In this document: positions 1 to 14,521 of the stretch, one piece after another
How positions within the stretch are numbered: position 1 is the stretch's first letter
Layout of the letters: each line of letters opens with the position of its first letter
Source: Halobacteriales archaeon QH_8_67_36
GTDB taxonomy: Archaea; Halobacteriota; Halobacteria; Halobacteriales; Haloarculaceae
DNA length: 37,235 nucleotides
Assembly (NCBI GenBank): GCA_003021755.1
Contig: PXQZ01000114.1
Span: forward strand, 1 to 37,235
Direction: 5' to 3'
The notes under the pieces: model-generated
The model's input: the letters and a program-made list of their open reading frames with translations, nothing else
Databases searched by the model: none
What the model was told of the DNA's origin: nothing
Program-made: the position numbers and the translations under genes

Positions 1-1085
1 TCGTCCAGTCGCTCGGGCAGATACGTGTCCGTCACGAAGTCCAGCCCACGCGAGGCAAGCGCCTGCTGCTCGGCCTTCTTCTCGATGTCTAGCTGGAGTT
101 CTATCTGTTCCTTCCAGAACTCCGTCCGGAAGCGGGGGTCTTCCAGTTCGGATTCGAGGGCGTTGATGTCCGAGTCCGCGAGCGGGTCCGTCGGGAGATC
201 GTACTCCACGATGTCGGCCGGGCGGATGCCCACGAACTGCGCTTCGGGCGTCGCCAGATACTCCGAGAGGTGGGCCGACTTGATGGACCCGTAGGCCACC
301 GAACCGTAGATGCGGTACGACCACGGGTCGCCGTCAGTGAACACCACGACGGGCAGGTCGAGTTCGTCGTGGAGCCGTTTGGTGATGCGGCGGGTCGCTC
401 TGGCCGGCTGGCCCTTGAGGTGGACGACGATGACGTTGTACTCCTCGTCGAAGCCGTTCTCGACGAGTCGGTCCCGCATCCCGCCGGTCTCCACACAGAG
501 GACGAAATCGGCGTCGTTGTCGAGGAACTCGATGGTGTCGGGGTTGTTGGGAATCTGGTAACCGCCCTCGCCGACGTCCTTCTGGCAGTGAATCTCGCGT
601 TCGCCCCGTCGGGTCTGCTCGCGGAGCTTCAGCGGCCCCATGATGGTCGCCCCGGACTCCTCGGGGCGCATGTGGAAGTCCTCGCGGGTCACGTCCGAGA
701 CGATTTCCAGGTCCTCGATGAGATCGTTGGACTCGTCCTGGCTGTTGAACTGGGCCGCTTCGAGGTCCCATGACTCCGAGAGGTAGTACAGTTCACGCAG
801 TGTGGAGGAACGGTCCTCCTCCAGTTGCCGGGCGAGGAAGTCGATGGCGTAGGTGGCCTTCAGCAGTTTCTCGGCGCCCGAGACGGTCTTGGCCGACCGC
901 GTCGACTGCCGGTCGCCGTACACCCACACCGACTTGTCCTCGTCGTACTCGATGTTCGATTTTGTCCGCGTCGGAATCGACATCGTGGGGACGTCCCCCT
1001 CGGCGAACTGGTCGTAGAACTCTTCGGCGAGGTCGATGAGCTTCTCGCGGGCCTTCTCCTCCTGTGTCCGTGTCTCTGAACTCAT
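1..1085 (-). CDS. top6A: DNA topoisomerase VI subunit A (3' end runs off the window)
   Basis: Translated by hand; absent from the ORF track because there is no stop in the window. [16 protein letters not shown]...STLRELYY (catalytic Tyr region)...VLCVETGG...VFTDGDPWS (Toprim DxD). ATG lies 1 nt after the top6B stop. Confidence 0.96.
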   Translation of the reverse strand, partial: MSSETRTQEEKAREKLIDLAEEFYDQFAEGDVPTMSIPTRTKSNIEYDEDKSVWVYGDRQSTRSAKTVSGAEKLLKATYAIDFLARQLEEDRSSTLRELYYLSESWDLEAAQFNSQDESNDLIEDLEIVSDVTREDFHMRPEESGATIMGPLKLREQTRRGEREIHCQKDVGEGGYQIPNNPDTIEFLDNDADFVLCVETGGMRDRLVENGFDEEYNVIVVHLKGQPARATRRITKRLHDELDLPVVVFTDGDPWSYRIYGSVAYGSIKSAHLSEYLATPEAQFVGIRPADIVEYDLPTDPLADSDINALESELEDPRFRTEFWKEQIELQLDIEKKAEQQALASRGLDFVTDTYLPERLD

Positions 1086-1086
1086 A

Positions 1087-4000
1087 TCAGGCGTCCACCG
1101 TCAGTTTCTCGTCCTCGATACCGTCGACCGAGATGGTGAACTCGGCCTCGTCGTCCACGCTGTACTCCAGTGCCGCCCGCTCGCCGGCCGCCACCGTCGG
1201 CGACCACTTCACGAACCACTCGCCGTCCATCTCGACCACCTGCGCGCCGTCGGTCTTCCGGGGTTCGACGCTCACGATGTCGGTCACGTCGAGTTCGGCG
1301 TTGGTGTCGTCGTTGTTCTCGACGACGAGTTCGACCGTCCCGTCCTCGACAACCCGTTCGACGAGGACGTTGTTCATGATGCGGGCGAGCGAGTCGTCGA
1401 TGTCCAACTGCTCGCTCTCGGTGACTTCGGTGAGCTTCTCGGCCATCTCCGGGAGGATGGTCGCCAGTTTGTCCTGTTTCTCCCGGCGCTGTTGCATCGA
1501 ACGCCGTTTGTTGAGATAGCTCTTCAGTTCGCGTGCGGCCTCCCGGATGGCGAGTTCTATCTCGTCTTCCATCTCGGGGACGTTCGCGATGGCGTCCTTG
1601 GACTCGCTGGTGAAGGGGACGTTCGTCGAGGCGACGTGGACCATGATGACGGCGGGGCCGTTCGGGATGCCCGAGCCGCCGGGCTGGTCGAGGTTGTAGT
1701 TGCGCCAGTTGATGGACTTGACGACGTCCGTCGTCGCACACGCGCCGCGCTGGTAGACCAGCGGGACGCGGTTGGCAAAGCGCCGTACCCCGACGCTCCC
1801 CTCGGCGGGGAGGTCGCCGCCGTAGGCGATGCCGGCTTCGACGATGAACGGGTCGCCGCCGTGGACTGCCGCGTCCCGCGTGGAGGCGGCGTAGAAGTCG
1901 GCGTCGTACTCCTTGCGCAGGCCGGACTCGACGAGGTCGTCGGTGATCGGCGCCAGACAGTCCGTCGGCGGCGAGATGATGTCGGTCTCGCGCATCGCCG
2001 TGAGTAGCTCGCTCGCCGTGTCGCGGTCGCCCGCGACCTCGGTGACGTTCGGCGGGTCGTCCGGGACGCGGCCGGCGACGCCCCACAACTCATCGACGAT
2101 GTTCGCCCTGGCCGTGTCGCCGAAGGTCGCGTCGTCCTGTTCCTCGGTCATGTCCGCGGCGCGGTCGACGTACGCGCGGAACGCCTCGCGTGTCAACCGG
2201 TGTCTCCGGTCGTCGTCGTCCTCGGCGTCACTCGGGTCGGCGAACTTCTCGGCCAGCCGCGAGGCCAGCCCCTCGACGGCCGCGTCGTCCTTCCGGACGG
2301 TGGTGGCGGCGTCGACCAGTTCGTAGAGGTCGCTCCGCCGCTCGGCGGTGACGGCGGTCCAGGCCGCCTCGACCGCGTTCTCGCGGACCGCGGAGCCGAA
2401 CGTCTTGTCGTGGTCGGCCTCGGCGTCGTCGGCGGCCGCGTCGACGATGCCGACGATATCGTGGTGGGCGACCCGGCCGCGGTCTTCGATGGCCTCGGTG
2501 ACCGCCTCGGCGAACGCGGCGGTTGCGGTCGCGCCCTTGTTGACGACGGCGTCTTCGACAGCCGCTTCGACGGCCGCGTCCTCGTGGCTCGCCGGCGGCG
2601 TCCACGCCATCCCACGACCGAGGTGGCGGTCGTTGAAGTTCGCGATGACGCTGTCGGCGGTCTTCTGGCCGACGCGGGTGAACTCCCCCTGCATGAACCC
2701 CGAGATCGAGTACGAGTCCGTGGCCTCCAGCATCTTCAGCAGCGTTCCCAGTTCGACGCCGTGGGGGTGGGGACGGATCTCCTCGGTCTCGGCCGGGAGG
2801 TCCGCACCCTCGACGCGCTCGAACTTCAGCGACTCGTCGAGCCCCGGCTCCATGAACTCGATGCGGGCGTGGGGGTTGACGACCGCGGTGTCCTGGACGT
2901 AATCCTGCAGGCTCGCCCGCGCTCGCATGTTGGCCTCCATCTCCAGTTCGATGCGGGTGCCGTGGGGTCGTTCCCAGGAGGTGGTCTCGTCGACGCTGAT
3001 CTCGGGCTCGTTCGTATCGGTGTCGATGATGAGTTCGAAGTACTGCGCGTCGGCCTGCCCCTTGGGCCGGGAGGTGATCTTTGCGGGCTTCCCGGAGGTG
3101 AGCTGTGAGTAGAGGACGGCGGCGGAGATACCGATACCCTGCTGGCCGCGGCTGTTTTTGACCGACAGCGCACCCTCGTTGGCAATAACGAAGTTCTCGT
3201 CGTATCCCGTCTGTCCGGGAACGGAGATGTCGTAGACGTACTCCGGTGGCTCGGTCTCCTCGACGTCGGCCACTGGGAGCAGACACATATCCGAGTCGGT
3301 GACGCCGTGGAGATTCTGGACCGTATTCCAGAGGTCACGCAACGCCGCCGTGGGCTGATGGTCCTCGTCCAACAGCCCCATCTCTTTCATGTTGTGGACG
3401 TACCGGGGCTTCGTGACGTACTCGCCGGTGAGGGCCCGCTCGATGAGCGACGCGTACACCGCCGCGTGGTCGATGTCGGACCCGAGACCGGCAGCCAGCA
3501 ACAGGCCCGGAACGCTGTCCGGGACAGTGTCCCGCGGCGTCTCGTCGACACGCACGTTGTCGAGCAACGTCGTCGGCACCCGTTTGTACCGCTGTTCGCC
3601 GTCGTCAGTCCGCTGTTCGAAGCCGTCGATTGTCGATACGTCCTCACCGTAGACCTTCGTCCGGTAACAGGTGGACGGGTCGTCGGCGTATCCGTCGTCG
3701 TTCTCGGTTCGCTCGGTACTCGCTAGCACACCTTGCATGTTCCACACTACCGAGACCTGCCGAGCGAGGGTCTCGCTTGTCGTCGTATGCGAGAGTTCGT
3801 TGCTCGGATGCGAATCGGAGCCGTCGCCCTCGTACAGCGCGGCGAGGAACTGCCGCTGGCGCTCCGGTGGAGCGTCGAAGACGAACGGCGGAACGCGTTT
3901 CTCCTGTGCGTGGTCGCCACAGACGTTTCGCAAAAACAGTGCCAGCGGCGAACCGAACGCCTTCACCCGCGTGGAGTTGCGTTCGCGCTCGACGGTGGTC

Positions 4001-5211
4001 GTCCCGCCGCCGACGGTAGCGACGGCGCGCTCCGTCGCCGATATCAAATCGTCTTCGTGGGAACCGAACGTGAATCCGACCTGTCGCTCGCCGACGTGTC
4101 CTTCGGCGACATAGTAGCCCAACAGTCGCATGAACTCCTCGGAGAGGTCCACCGACACCGGTATCTCGGTTTCGTCTCCGCCGACCTGATAGGTCTTGAA
4201 CACGCCGTCGGCCGCTCGCGCCTCCCATCCCAATTCGAGCACCGTCTCGGCCGGGAGATACCCCTTCTCTATGTAGTTCTGTTCGAGGCTGTCTTTCAGG
4301 ATATCGACGCCGTCGTACCGATAGTACGTCCGTTTACGTGAACTATCGGGCGACGGCTTTTTGCGTATCCGTTCCCCGGTCGCCAGTTCTTCGAGGTCCT
4401 CCCTGTCGAGACCGTAGACGTACACGCGCCGGTCTTCGAGTTGGTCGACGCTGAGATGCGAGAGGAGATTGACCGACTCGACGGGGTCGGACGTCGGAGG
4501 AAGGTTCTGGGGGGTGAGAATCGTATCGCCTTCGGCGAGTTCACCCGCCGTCACCTCCGTCGTCTCGCCGTCACTGTCGAGCGTAAACAGGCTGTGGTCA
4601 CCGGTCACCGCCACGGTTCGACCCTTCTCCGTGGTAATCTCATACGTCTTACCGTCCGTCTCGTGGCGTATCGCATGAGTTACCGGCTGCCAAGTCATCT
4701 CCCGAGTCTCCCGGTTGAACGACGGGACCTCGATGTCCGTCGGAATCCGCCGCGTCGCCGCTCCGTTCGTCGGGAGATAGGCATCACAGAGCGTCCCTAT
4801 CGGCACTGTCTCGACGGTATCGCCGCGGCGTATTAGCAGTTCTTGGTCGGCAGTCAGCGACTGTTCCCGGGCATGAAACCTCGAACCGTAAAGTAGCTTC
4901 CCGAAAATCTTCGGGAGCTGTTCTTTCGTAATCCCGGGGCCGTTGTCCTCGACGATGAGCCGGTAGTAGTCCCCGGCCTCCTGTATCTCGACGTAGATGT
5001 CGGGCAGGATGCCGGCCTCCTCGCAGGCGTCGAGCGCGTTGTCGACGGCCTCCTTGACGGCCGTGACCAGCGCCCGCGCCCCGGAGTCAAAGCCCAGCAT
5101 GTGCTTGTTCTTCTCGAAGAACTCGGCGATGGAGATGGCGCGCTGAGACTGGGCGAGCTCCTCAGCGATGCCCTCTTCGCCCTCGCCGAGTCGCGACTGA
5201 AACGAGGTCAT
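1087..5211 (-). CDS. top6B: DNA topoisomerase VI subunit B precursor with intein (about 805 aa after splicing)
   Basis: GHKL motifs [15 protein letters not shown] and SRGQQGIG; RFANRVPL and VPFTSESK transducer motifs; adjacent to top6A. Confidence 0.97.
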   Translation of the reverse strand: MTSFQSRLGEGEEGIAEELAQSQRAISIAEFFEKNKHMLGFDSGARALVTAVKEAVDNALDACEEAGILPDIYVEIQEAGDYYRLIVEDNGPGITKEQLPKIFGKLLYGSRFHAREQSLTADQELLIRRGDTVETVPIGTLCDAYLPTNGAATRRIPTDIEVPSFNRETREMTWQPVTHAIRHETDGKTYEITTEKGRTVAVTGDHSLFTLDSDGETTEVTAGELAEGDTILTPQNLPPTSDPVESVNLLSHLSVDQLEDRRVYVYGLDREDLEELATGERIRKKPSPDSSRKRTYYRYDGVDILKDSLEQNYIEKGYLPAETVLELGWEARAADGVFKTYQVGGDETEIPVSVDLSEEFMRLLGYYVAEGHVGERQVGFTFGSHEDDLISATERAVATVGGGTTTVERERNSTRVKAFGSPLALFLRNVCGDHAQEKRVPPFVFDAPPERQRQFLAALYEGDGSDSHPSNELSHTTTSETLARQVSVVWNMQGVLASTERTENDDGYADDPSTCYRTKVYGEDVSTIDGFEQRTDDGEQRYKRVPTTLLDNVRVDETPRDTVPDSVPGLLLAAGLGSDIDHAAVYASLIERALTGEYVTKPRYVHNMKEMGLLDEDHQPTAALRDLWNTVQNLHGVTDSDMCLLPVADVEETEPPEYVYDISVPGQTGYDENFVIANEGALSVKNSRGQQGIGISAAVLYSQLTSGKPAKITSRPKGQADAQYFELIIDTDTNEPEISVDETTSWERPHGTRIELEMEANMRARASLQDYVQDTAVVNPHARIEFMEPGLDESLKFERVEGADLPAETEEIRPHPHGVELGTLLKMLEATDSYSISGFMQGEFTRVGQKTADSVIANFNDRHLGRGMAWTPPASHEDAAVEAAVEDAVVNKGATATAAFAEAVTEAIEDRGRVAHHDIVGIVDAAADDAEADHDKTFGSAVRENAVEAAWTAVTAERRSDLYELVDAATTVRKDDAAVEGLASRLAEKFADPSDAEDDDDRRHRLTREAFRAYVDRAADMTEEQDDATFGDTARANIVDELWGVAGRVPDDPPNVTEVAGDRDTASELLTAMRETDIISPPTDCLAPITDDLVESGLRKEYDADFYAASTRDAAVHGGDPFIVEAGIAYGGDLPAEGSVGVRRFANRVPLVYQRGACATTDVVKSINWRNYNLDQPGGSGIPNGPAVIMVHVASTNVPFTSESKDAIANVPEMEDEIELAIREAARELKSYLNKRRSMQQRREKQDKLATILPEMAEKLTEVTESEQLDIDDSLARIMNNVLVERVVEDGTVELVVENNDDTNAELDVTDIVSVEPRKTDGAQVVEMDGEWFVKWSPTVAAGERAALEYSVDDEAEFTISVDGIEDEKLTVDA
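3154..4860 (-). mobile_element. Intein with LAGLIDADG homing endonuclease in top6B (569 aa)
   Basis: In-frame insertion at RFHAREQ|SRGQQG. Block A SLTADQ, block B VTGDHSLF, endonuclease motifs LLGYYVAEG and [10 protein letters not shown], block F VYDISV, C-terminus SVKN followed by +1 Ser. Confidence 0.95.
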
Positions 5212-5387
5212 GTCGTAGCGTAGCTACCGCCGTCGGAGTTAAAAGGTAATCGCCACCACGGTGAAACTGAACCCGGGGCGACACCCAGTTCATCGGCCGG
5301 CTACACGCCAGTTCCTTCCACAGCAATAGATTGTGGATAAAACGGGTGGTCGTCGGTTCCGTTCGGCCAGCGGAAGGTTAATTTTCG

Positions 5388-5418
5388 GTGCACGCACGCG
5401 CGTGCGGGAGCTTTATCA
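5388..5418 (+). promoter_or_regulatory. Putative gyrB promoter: alternating purine/pyrimidine palindrome plus TATA-like box
   Basis: GTGCACGCACGCGCGTGCG at 5388-5406, then CTTTATCA at 5411-5418, about 30-37 nt upstream of the gyrB ATG. Confidence 0.55.
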
Positions 5419-5433
5419 CCCCGCATCTACTAG

Positions 5434-9859
<4,426 letters not shown>

Positions 9860-9863
<4 letters not shown>

Positions 9864-9991
9864 CCGCACCGACCGTCTTCGCACACCGCGGGTTCGCCGG
9901 CACGTACCCCGAGAACACCGTGGCCGCCGTTTACGGTGCGGTCGCGGACGGCATCGTTACCGACTACCCGGACATGCTGGGATACCTTTAG
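9860..9991 (+). pseudogene. Glycerophosphodiester phosphodiesterase remnant (internal deletion)
   Basis: GTG-started 43-codon frame [43 protein letters not shown]. The GDPD N-terminal motif AHRG..PENT is joined almost directly to the C-terminal motif DGIVTDYP. Confidence 0.8.
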
Positions 9992-10291
9992 CACACCCGC
10001 TTCCCGAACGCACCGGCGGCCGGTTCACGGGCGAGTTCGGCGGTCCGGTCGCCGAGGACGGGATCGACGTCGACGAGTTCGAACGAGCGCGGGTGGTCGC
10101 GGTAGTCGGCGACGGCCTCCATCGACCAGCGGCGTCTCGCCGTCGGCGACTGTCGACCCGACGGCCGTCCCGACGTCCGCACGGACCGCTCGGGTCTCCC
10201 GGTGGAACTCCGCCCGCTCGGACGGGCCTACCTCGACACTCCGTCGGTCGGCCCCGAGGTCCATCGGTACGCCGAGAATTCGGACGTCCAT
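9988..10291 (-). pseudogene. rocF: Arginase remnant (internal deletions and frameshift)
   Basis: The N-terminus MDVRILGVPMDLGADRRSVEVGPS and ETPLVDGG are in one frame. The C-terminus SFELVDVDPVLGDRTAELAREPAAGAFGKRVC is in another. The metal-binding core is absent. Confidence 0.8.
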
Positions 10292-10339
10292 ACGGTCGGT
10301 TGCACACGGAGCGGACAACGTCCACCGGCGACGGGGCCG

Positions 10340-11260
10340 CTACTCGTACTGCGAGCAGACTAATTCCACGCCCTCGTCGAAGGATATTTGCGGCTCCCAG
10401 CCGGTCGCTGCGTACATCTTCGACGAGTCGGCCATCGTGTCGTGGACGTAGACGTCCTCCGGAATCGGGTTCTCCTCGTACACCGGTTCCACGTTCGTCC
10501 CCAACGTCTCGTTGATGCGGTCGACGAGCGTGTTGAGGCTGTACTGCTCGCCAGTGCCGAGGTTGTAGACCCCGGCGAGTTCGTGGTCGGCCGCCAGTTC
10601 GAGCCCGCGGACGATGTCGTCGACGTGGGTGAAATCGCGTGTCTGGGTGCCGTCGCCCCATATCTCCGGGCGGCGGCCGTTGGCGACGTCGTCGGCGAAC
10701 TGCGCGATGAGGTTCGCGTAGTCGCCCTTGTGTGATTCGGCGCCCTCCTCTATCCCTTGGTAGACGGAAAAAAAGCGCATCCCGGCCATCGAGAGCCCGT
10801 AGTGGTTGTGGAAGTACTCGGCGTACCGCTCGCGAGCCAGCTTCGAGGCCTCGTAGCCGGTGTTGACCGCCACCGGCATGTCCTCGGGCGAGGGCTCGGT
10901 CCGGTCGCCGTAGATGGAGGACGTGGAGGCGTAGACGACGGCGTCACAGCCGTCCTGGCGGGCCTGCTCGACCACGTTGACGAACCCCTCGACGTTGACG
11001 CGGGCGCCCCGTGTCGGGTCCTCCTCGTGCATCGCATAGGAGGAGAGCGCGGCCAGGTGAAAGACGGCGTCCACGTCCGTCGGCAGGTCCTCGTCCAGCA
11101 CGCTCCCCTCGACGTACTCGACGTCCGCGTTCACGTTCTCCGGCGTCCCGAGGAAGCCGTCGTCCAGTGCGACGACTTCGTTGTCCGCGGCGAGATGGTT
11201 CGCCAGGTTGGACCCGATGAACCCGCCGCCACCGGTAACCAGCACGCGTGTTCCGTTCAT
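10340..11260 (-). CDS. NAD-dependent nucleotide-sugar epimerase/dehydratase (extended SDR)
   Basis: VLVTGGGGFIGS, ASTSSIYG, YEASK (YxxxK), GDGTQTRDF. Confidence 0.92.
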   Translation of the reverse strand: MNGTRVLVTGGGGFIGSNLANHLAADNEVVALDDGFLGTPENVNADVEYVEGSVLDEDLPTDVDAVFHLAALSSYAMHEEDPTRGARVNVEGFVNVVEQARQDGCDAVVYASTSSIYGDRTEPSPEDMPVAVNTGYEASKLARERYAEYFHNHYGLSMAGMRFFSVYQGIEEGAESHKGDYANLIAQFADDVANGRRPEIWGDGTQTRDFTHVDDIVRGLELAADHELAGVYNLGTGEQYSLNTLVDRINETLGTNVEPVYEENPIPEDVYVHDTMADSSKMYAATGWEPQISFDEGVELVCSQYE

Positions 11261-11385
11261 ACCGGTGGACTCTCGGGTGGCCGGTGAAAATTATGTCGCT
11301 ATCGATCTCACTCTCGCCGGCTGACGACCGCTCGCCGACTGGAACCACCGTCGACTTTAAGGCCGACTGTGCCGAACGATGGATC

Positions 11386-11919
11386 ATGTCTTCAATCGAG
11401 CTGACACCCAGTCAAAAAAACATTCTGCAGGAGCTGGTAAACCTGTATCGCGAGAGCGAAAGCGCCGTCAAAGGTGAAGATATCGCGGAAAAGGTCGACC
11501 GCAACCCCGGCACCATCCGGAACCAGATGCAGAGCCTGAAAGCGCTCCAGCTGGTCGAGGGTGTCCCCGGCCCGAAGGGCGGGTACAAACCGACCGCGAC
11601 GGCCTACGACACGCTCCAAATTCAGGAGATGGACCAGGCCGCGGAGGTCCCCCTGCGACACGACGGCGAACTCGTCGAGCACGCCAACGTCGAGGAAATC
11701 GACCTGACGAGCGTCCACCACCCGGAGCAGTGTCGCGCGGAGATTCAACTACAGGGTTCCATCAAGGAGTTCCACGAGGGTGACGACGTCACCGTCGGGC
11801 CGACGCCGCTCTCGAAGCTCCAGATCATCGGGACACTACAGGGCAAAGACGACACGAACAACAAGCTCATCCTCAAGATAGACGATATGCGCGCGCCGGC
11901 CGGCGAGCCCGAACACTGA
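11386..11919 (+). CDS. Winged-helix transcription regulator (HrcA/Rrf2-like N-terminus)
   Basis: LTPSQKNILQELVNLY...IAEKVDRNPGTIRNQMQSLKALQLVEGVPGPKGGY. TATA-like CTTTAA at 11355-11360 supports this ATG. Confidence 0.85.
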   Translation: MSSIELTPSQKNILQELVNLYRESESAVKGEDIAEKVDRNPGTIRNQMQSLKALQLVEGVPGPKGGYKPTATAYDTLQIQEMDQAAEVPLRHDGELVEHANVEEIDLTSVHHPEQCRAEIQLQGSIKEFHEGDDVTVGPTPLSKLQIIGTLQGKDDTNNKLILKIDDMRAPAGEPEH

Positions 11920-12027
11920 TCCCCGCTTCAGGGGACCGACAGCCCGTCAGTCCCGTCTCTCGCGATTAGTCAGACCTCAGGCCGCGATTCCGTAGCCTTT
12001 GTATCATCCCCGTTCGGATTCGCAGGT

Positions 12028-13074
12028 ATGACCGACAATGTCGTCGTACTCGGCGCTGGGTATGCCGGTGCAGGCGCCATCAAGAGCCTCGAAGACGAAC
12101 TGACCGGTGACGCCGACATCACCTGGATCTCCGATACGGACTACCACCTCGTCCTCCACGAGTCCCACCGCTGTATCCGGGACCCCGCTATCCAGGACAA
12201 GATTGCGATTCCCGTCCACGAGATAAAACGGCCGACGACGGAGTTCGTACAGGACACCGTCACCGGCATCGACACCGACGACCGCGTCGTCGAACTCGCC
12301 GACCACGACGGTGTAGAGTACGACTACCTGCTCGTCGGCCTGGGCTCCCAGACCGCCTTCTTCGGCATCGAGGGACTCGAGGAGCACGCCCATACGCTGA
12401 AGAGTCTCGACGACGCGCTGGGCATCCATGACGCCGTTCAGGCGGCCGCCCGCGAGGCCTCCCAAAGCGACCCAGCACAGGTCGTCGTCGGCGGTGCCGG
12501 CCTCTCCGGCATCCAAACCTGTGGCGAAATCGCCGAGTTCCGCGACGACCACCGCGCCCCCATCGACATCCACCTCGTCGAAGGGCTCGACGAGATTTTC
12601 CCGGGCAACGACCCCGAGCTTCAGGGCGCGTTGCGCAAGCGCCTCGAAGCGCGCGACGTCACCATCAACTGCGGCGAGTTCATCGGCGAGGTCGACGAGG
12701 AGACCGTCTACATCGGCGACGAGGACGAACTCGACTACGACGTGCTCGTCTGGACCGGCGGCATCACCGGCCGTGACGCCGTCCGTGACGTCGACCTGGA
12801 GAAAGACGAGCGGAATCACCGCATCCACTCCGAGGGCGACTTCCGGACCACCGACGAGCGCGTCTTCTCCATCGGCGACTGCGCACTCATCGACCAGCCC
12901 GGCGACAACCCCGCCCCGCCGACCGCCCAGGCCGCCTGGCAGGCCGCCGAGGTCGCCGGCGAGAACCTCGCCCGCGCGGTGCGGGGCCAGCCCCTGAAGA
13001 CCTGGACCCACAAGGACAAGGGGACCGTCATCTCCGTCGGCGAGACGGCCGTCGCCCACGACGTGATGCAGTAG
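12028..13074 (+). CDS. ndh: Type II NADH dehydrogenase family FAD oxidoreductase, probably C-terminally truncated
   Basis: VVVLGAGYAG, VVVGGAGLSG, IGDCA, PPTAQAAWQ. Ends abruptly at VAHDVMQ, immediately followed by repeat-like DNA. Confidence 0.85.
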   Translation: MTDNVVVLGAGYAGAGAIKSLEDELTGDADITWISDTDYHLVLHESHRCIRDPAIQDKIAIPVHEIKRPTTEFVQDTVTGIDTDDRVVELADHDGVEYDYLLVGLGSQTAFFGIEGLEEHAHTLKSLDDALGIHDAVQAAAREASQSDPAQVVVGGAGLSGIQTCGEIAEFRDDHRAPIDIHLVEGLDEIFPGNDPELQGALRKRLEARDVTINCGEFIGEVDEETVYIGDEDELDYDVLVWTGGITGRDAVRDVDLEKDERNHRIHSEGDFRTTDERVFSIGDCALIDQPGDNPAPPTAQAAWQAAEVAGENLARAVRGQPLKTWTHKDKGTVISVGETAVAHDVMQ

Positions 13075-13285
13075 CGCTCGACACGCCTCCACGGCAAAAA
13101 CGTGGGGAAAAATCGCGGCGTGCTCCTTTCGCGCACCGTAGGTGCGCTCCAGTCCGCGCGCCGCGGTGGAACCGGCTCGCCTCGCTCGCCGGACGCTAAC
13201 TGCGTTTTGCTGTATCTTCGCCCCGTAGCAGCCAGCCTGCCCTTCCCCGAGTCGCGGCCCGGAGGCCGCTCCCGGCCCGTAACGT
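13075..13285. repeat. Hairpin-rich intergenic repeat-like DNA
   Basis: GCAAAAACGTGGGGAAAA resembles the motif at 16072-16090. GCGCACC-GTA-GGTGCGC hairpin. GCCTGCCCTTCCCCGAGTCGC module. Confidence 0.45.
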
Positions 13286-13287
13286 CG

Positions 13288-14112
13288 CTACCGCTCGATT
13301 GAGAGTCCCGCGTGCCAGCGGTCCGAATTCGATTCCTCGACCGCTTCGTCCATCCGTTCCAGATACGTCACGGCGAGGCTGGCACACTTCGCGGCCTTGG
13401 CCTCGCCTTCCGTCCGGAACTCGCCGGTCTCGCGGTTGGCGTAGACGGTACAGACCGCGCCGGCTCGCAGCCCGTAGATGCCCGCGAGCGTGAGGATGCT
13501 GGCGGCCTCCATCTCGAAGTTGACGACGCCTGCCTCGCGGAGTTCCTCGATGTTGGCCTCGCTGTCGCGGGCTTCGAACCCGTCGAAGCCGGGGCGTGAC
13601 TGGCCGGCGTAGAAGCTGTCCGTCGAGCAGGTGACGCCCAGATGGTAGTCGTAGCCCAGCTCCTCGGCGGCGGCGACGAGCGCCGAGACGACCCGCGGGT
13701 CGGCCGTCGCGGGATAGTCTTCGCGGACGTACTCCTTGCTGGTACCCTCCTGTCGAACCGCCCCTGTCGTGATAACGAGGTCGCCGACGGCGGCCTCGGG
13801 GACGATGCTCCCGCAGGACCCCACCCGAAGCAGCGTGTCCGCACCGACGCGGGCCAGTTCCTCGACGGCGATGGCGGCCGACGGCGAGCCGATACCGGTG
13901 GACGTGACGGAGATTGGCGTCCCCTCGTGGCGCCCGGTCGCGGTGCGGTACTCGCGGTGACTCCCGCGAACCTCGGCCGCCTCCCAGTCGTCGAGGATAG
14001 TCCCGATGCGCTCGGGGTCGCCGGGGAGCAGGACGCTCGGAGCTACGTCACCGGGCCCGACTTCGAGGTGGTACTGGACCTCGTCGCCGGGGTCCTCGCT
14101 GTCCCCGGTCAT
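13288..14112 (-). CDS. udp: Uridine (nucleoside) phosphorylase
   Basis: QYHL, LLPGDPERI, STGIGSPS, RVGSCG, DSFYAGQ, NFEMEAA. ATGA overlap with cdd. Confidence 0.93.
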   Translation of the reverse strand: MTGDSEDPGDEVQYHLEVGPGDVAPSVLLPGDPERIGTILDDWEAAEVRGSHREYRTATGRHEGTPISVTSTGIGSPSAAIAVEELARVGADTLLRVGSCGSIVPEAAVGDLVITTGAVRQEGTSKEYVREDYPATADPRVVSALVAAAEELGYDYHLGVTCSTDSFYAGQSRPGFDGFEARDSEANIEELREAGVVNFEMEAASILTLAGIYGLRAGAVCTVYANRETGEFRTEGEAKAAKCASLAVTYLERMDEAVEESNSDRWHAGLSIER

Positions 14113-14492
14113 TCCAGGTGCTCCCGGGTGATAGTCGTCGGAAGCAGTTCGCCAAGCGTGTACTCGCCGCCGTCTTCGCCGTCCGTGACGATCATAAAGC
14201 CCTCGTCGCAGAACTCCGCGAGCGTCTGGCGACACATCCCACAGGGCGTGACGCCGTCCCGAGCCGTCGAGGTGACCGCAAGACCCTCGAACGAGCGGTG
14301 GCCCTCGCTCACGGCTTTGCCGACCGCTACCTCCTCGGCGTGGAGGCTGTTCGAGTAGTTGGCGTTCTCGATGTTACAGCCGGTGTAGACGGTCCCGTCG
14401 GCGGTCTCGATGGCGGCGCCGACGCGGTACTCCGAATACGGCGCGTGGGCCGCCCGGGCAGCCTCGCGTGCCGCGTCCAGCAGGTCGTCCAT
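14109..14492 (-). CDS. cdd: Cytidine deaminase
   Basis: HAPYSEYRVGAA, GCNIENANY, Zn-site motifs HAE and PCGMCRQ. Confidence 0.95.
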   Translation of the reverse strand: MDDLLDAAREAARAAHAPYSEYRVGAAIETADGTVYTGCNIENANYSNSLHAEEVAVGKAVSEGHRSFEGLAVTSTARDGVTPCGMCRQTLAEFCDEGFMIVTDGEDGGEYTLGELLPTTITREHLE

Positions 14493-14521
14493 ACCCCGGC
14501 CTCGCATGGCGAGGCTAAATA

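Noticed and set aside
10767-10775. A-run in the epimerase as a phase-variable tract
   Set aside because: The run is short, the frame is intact, and it encodes an ordinary RFFS segment.
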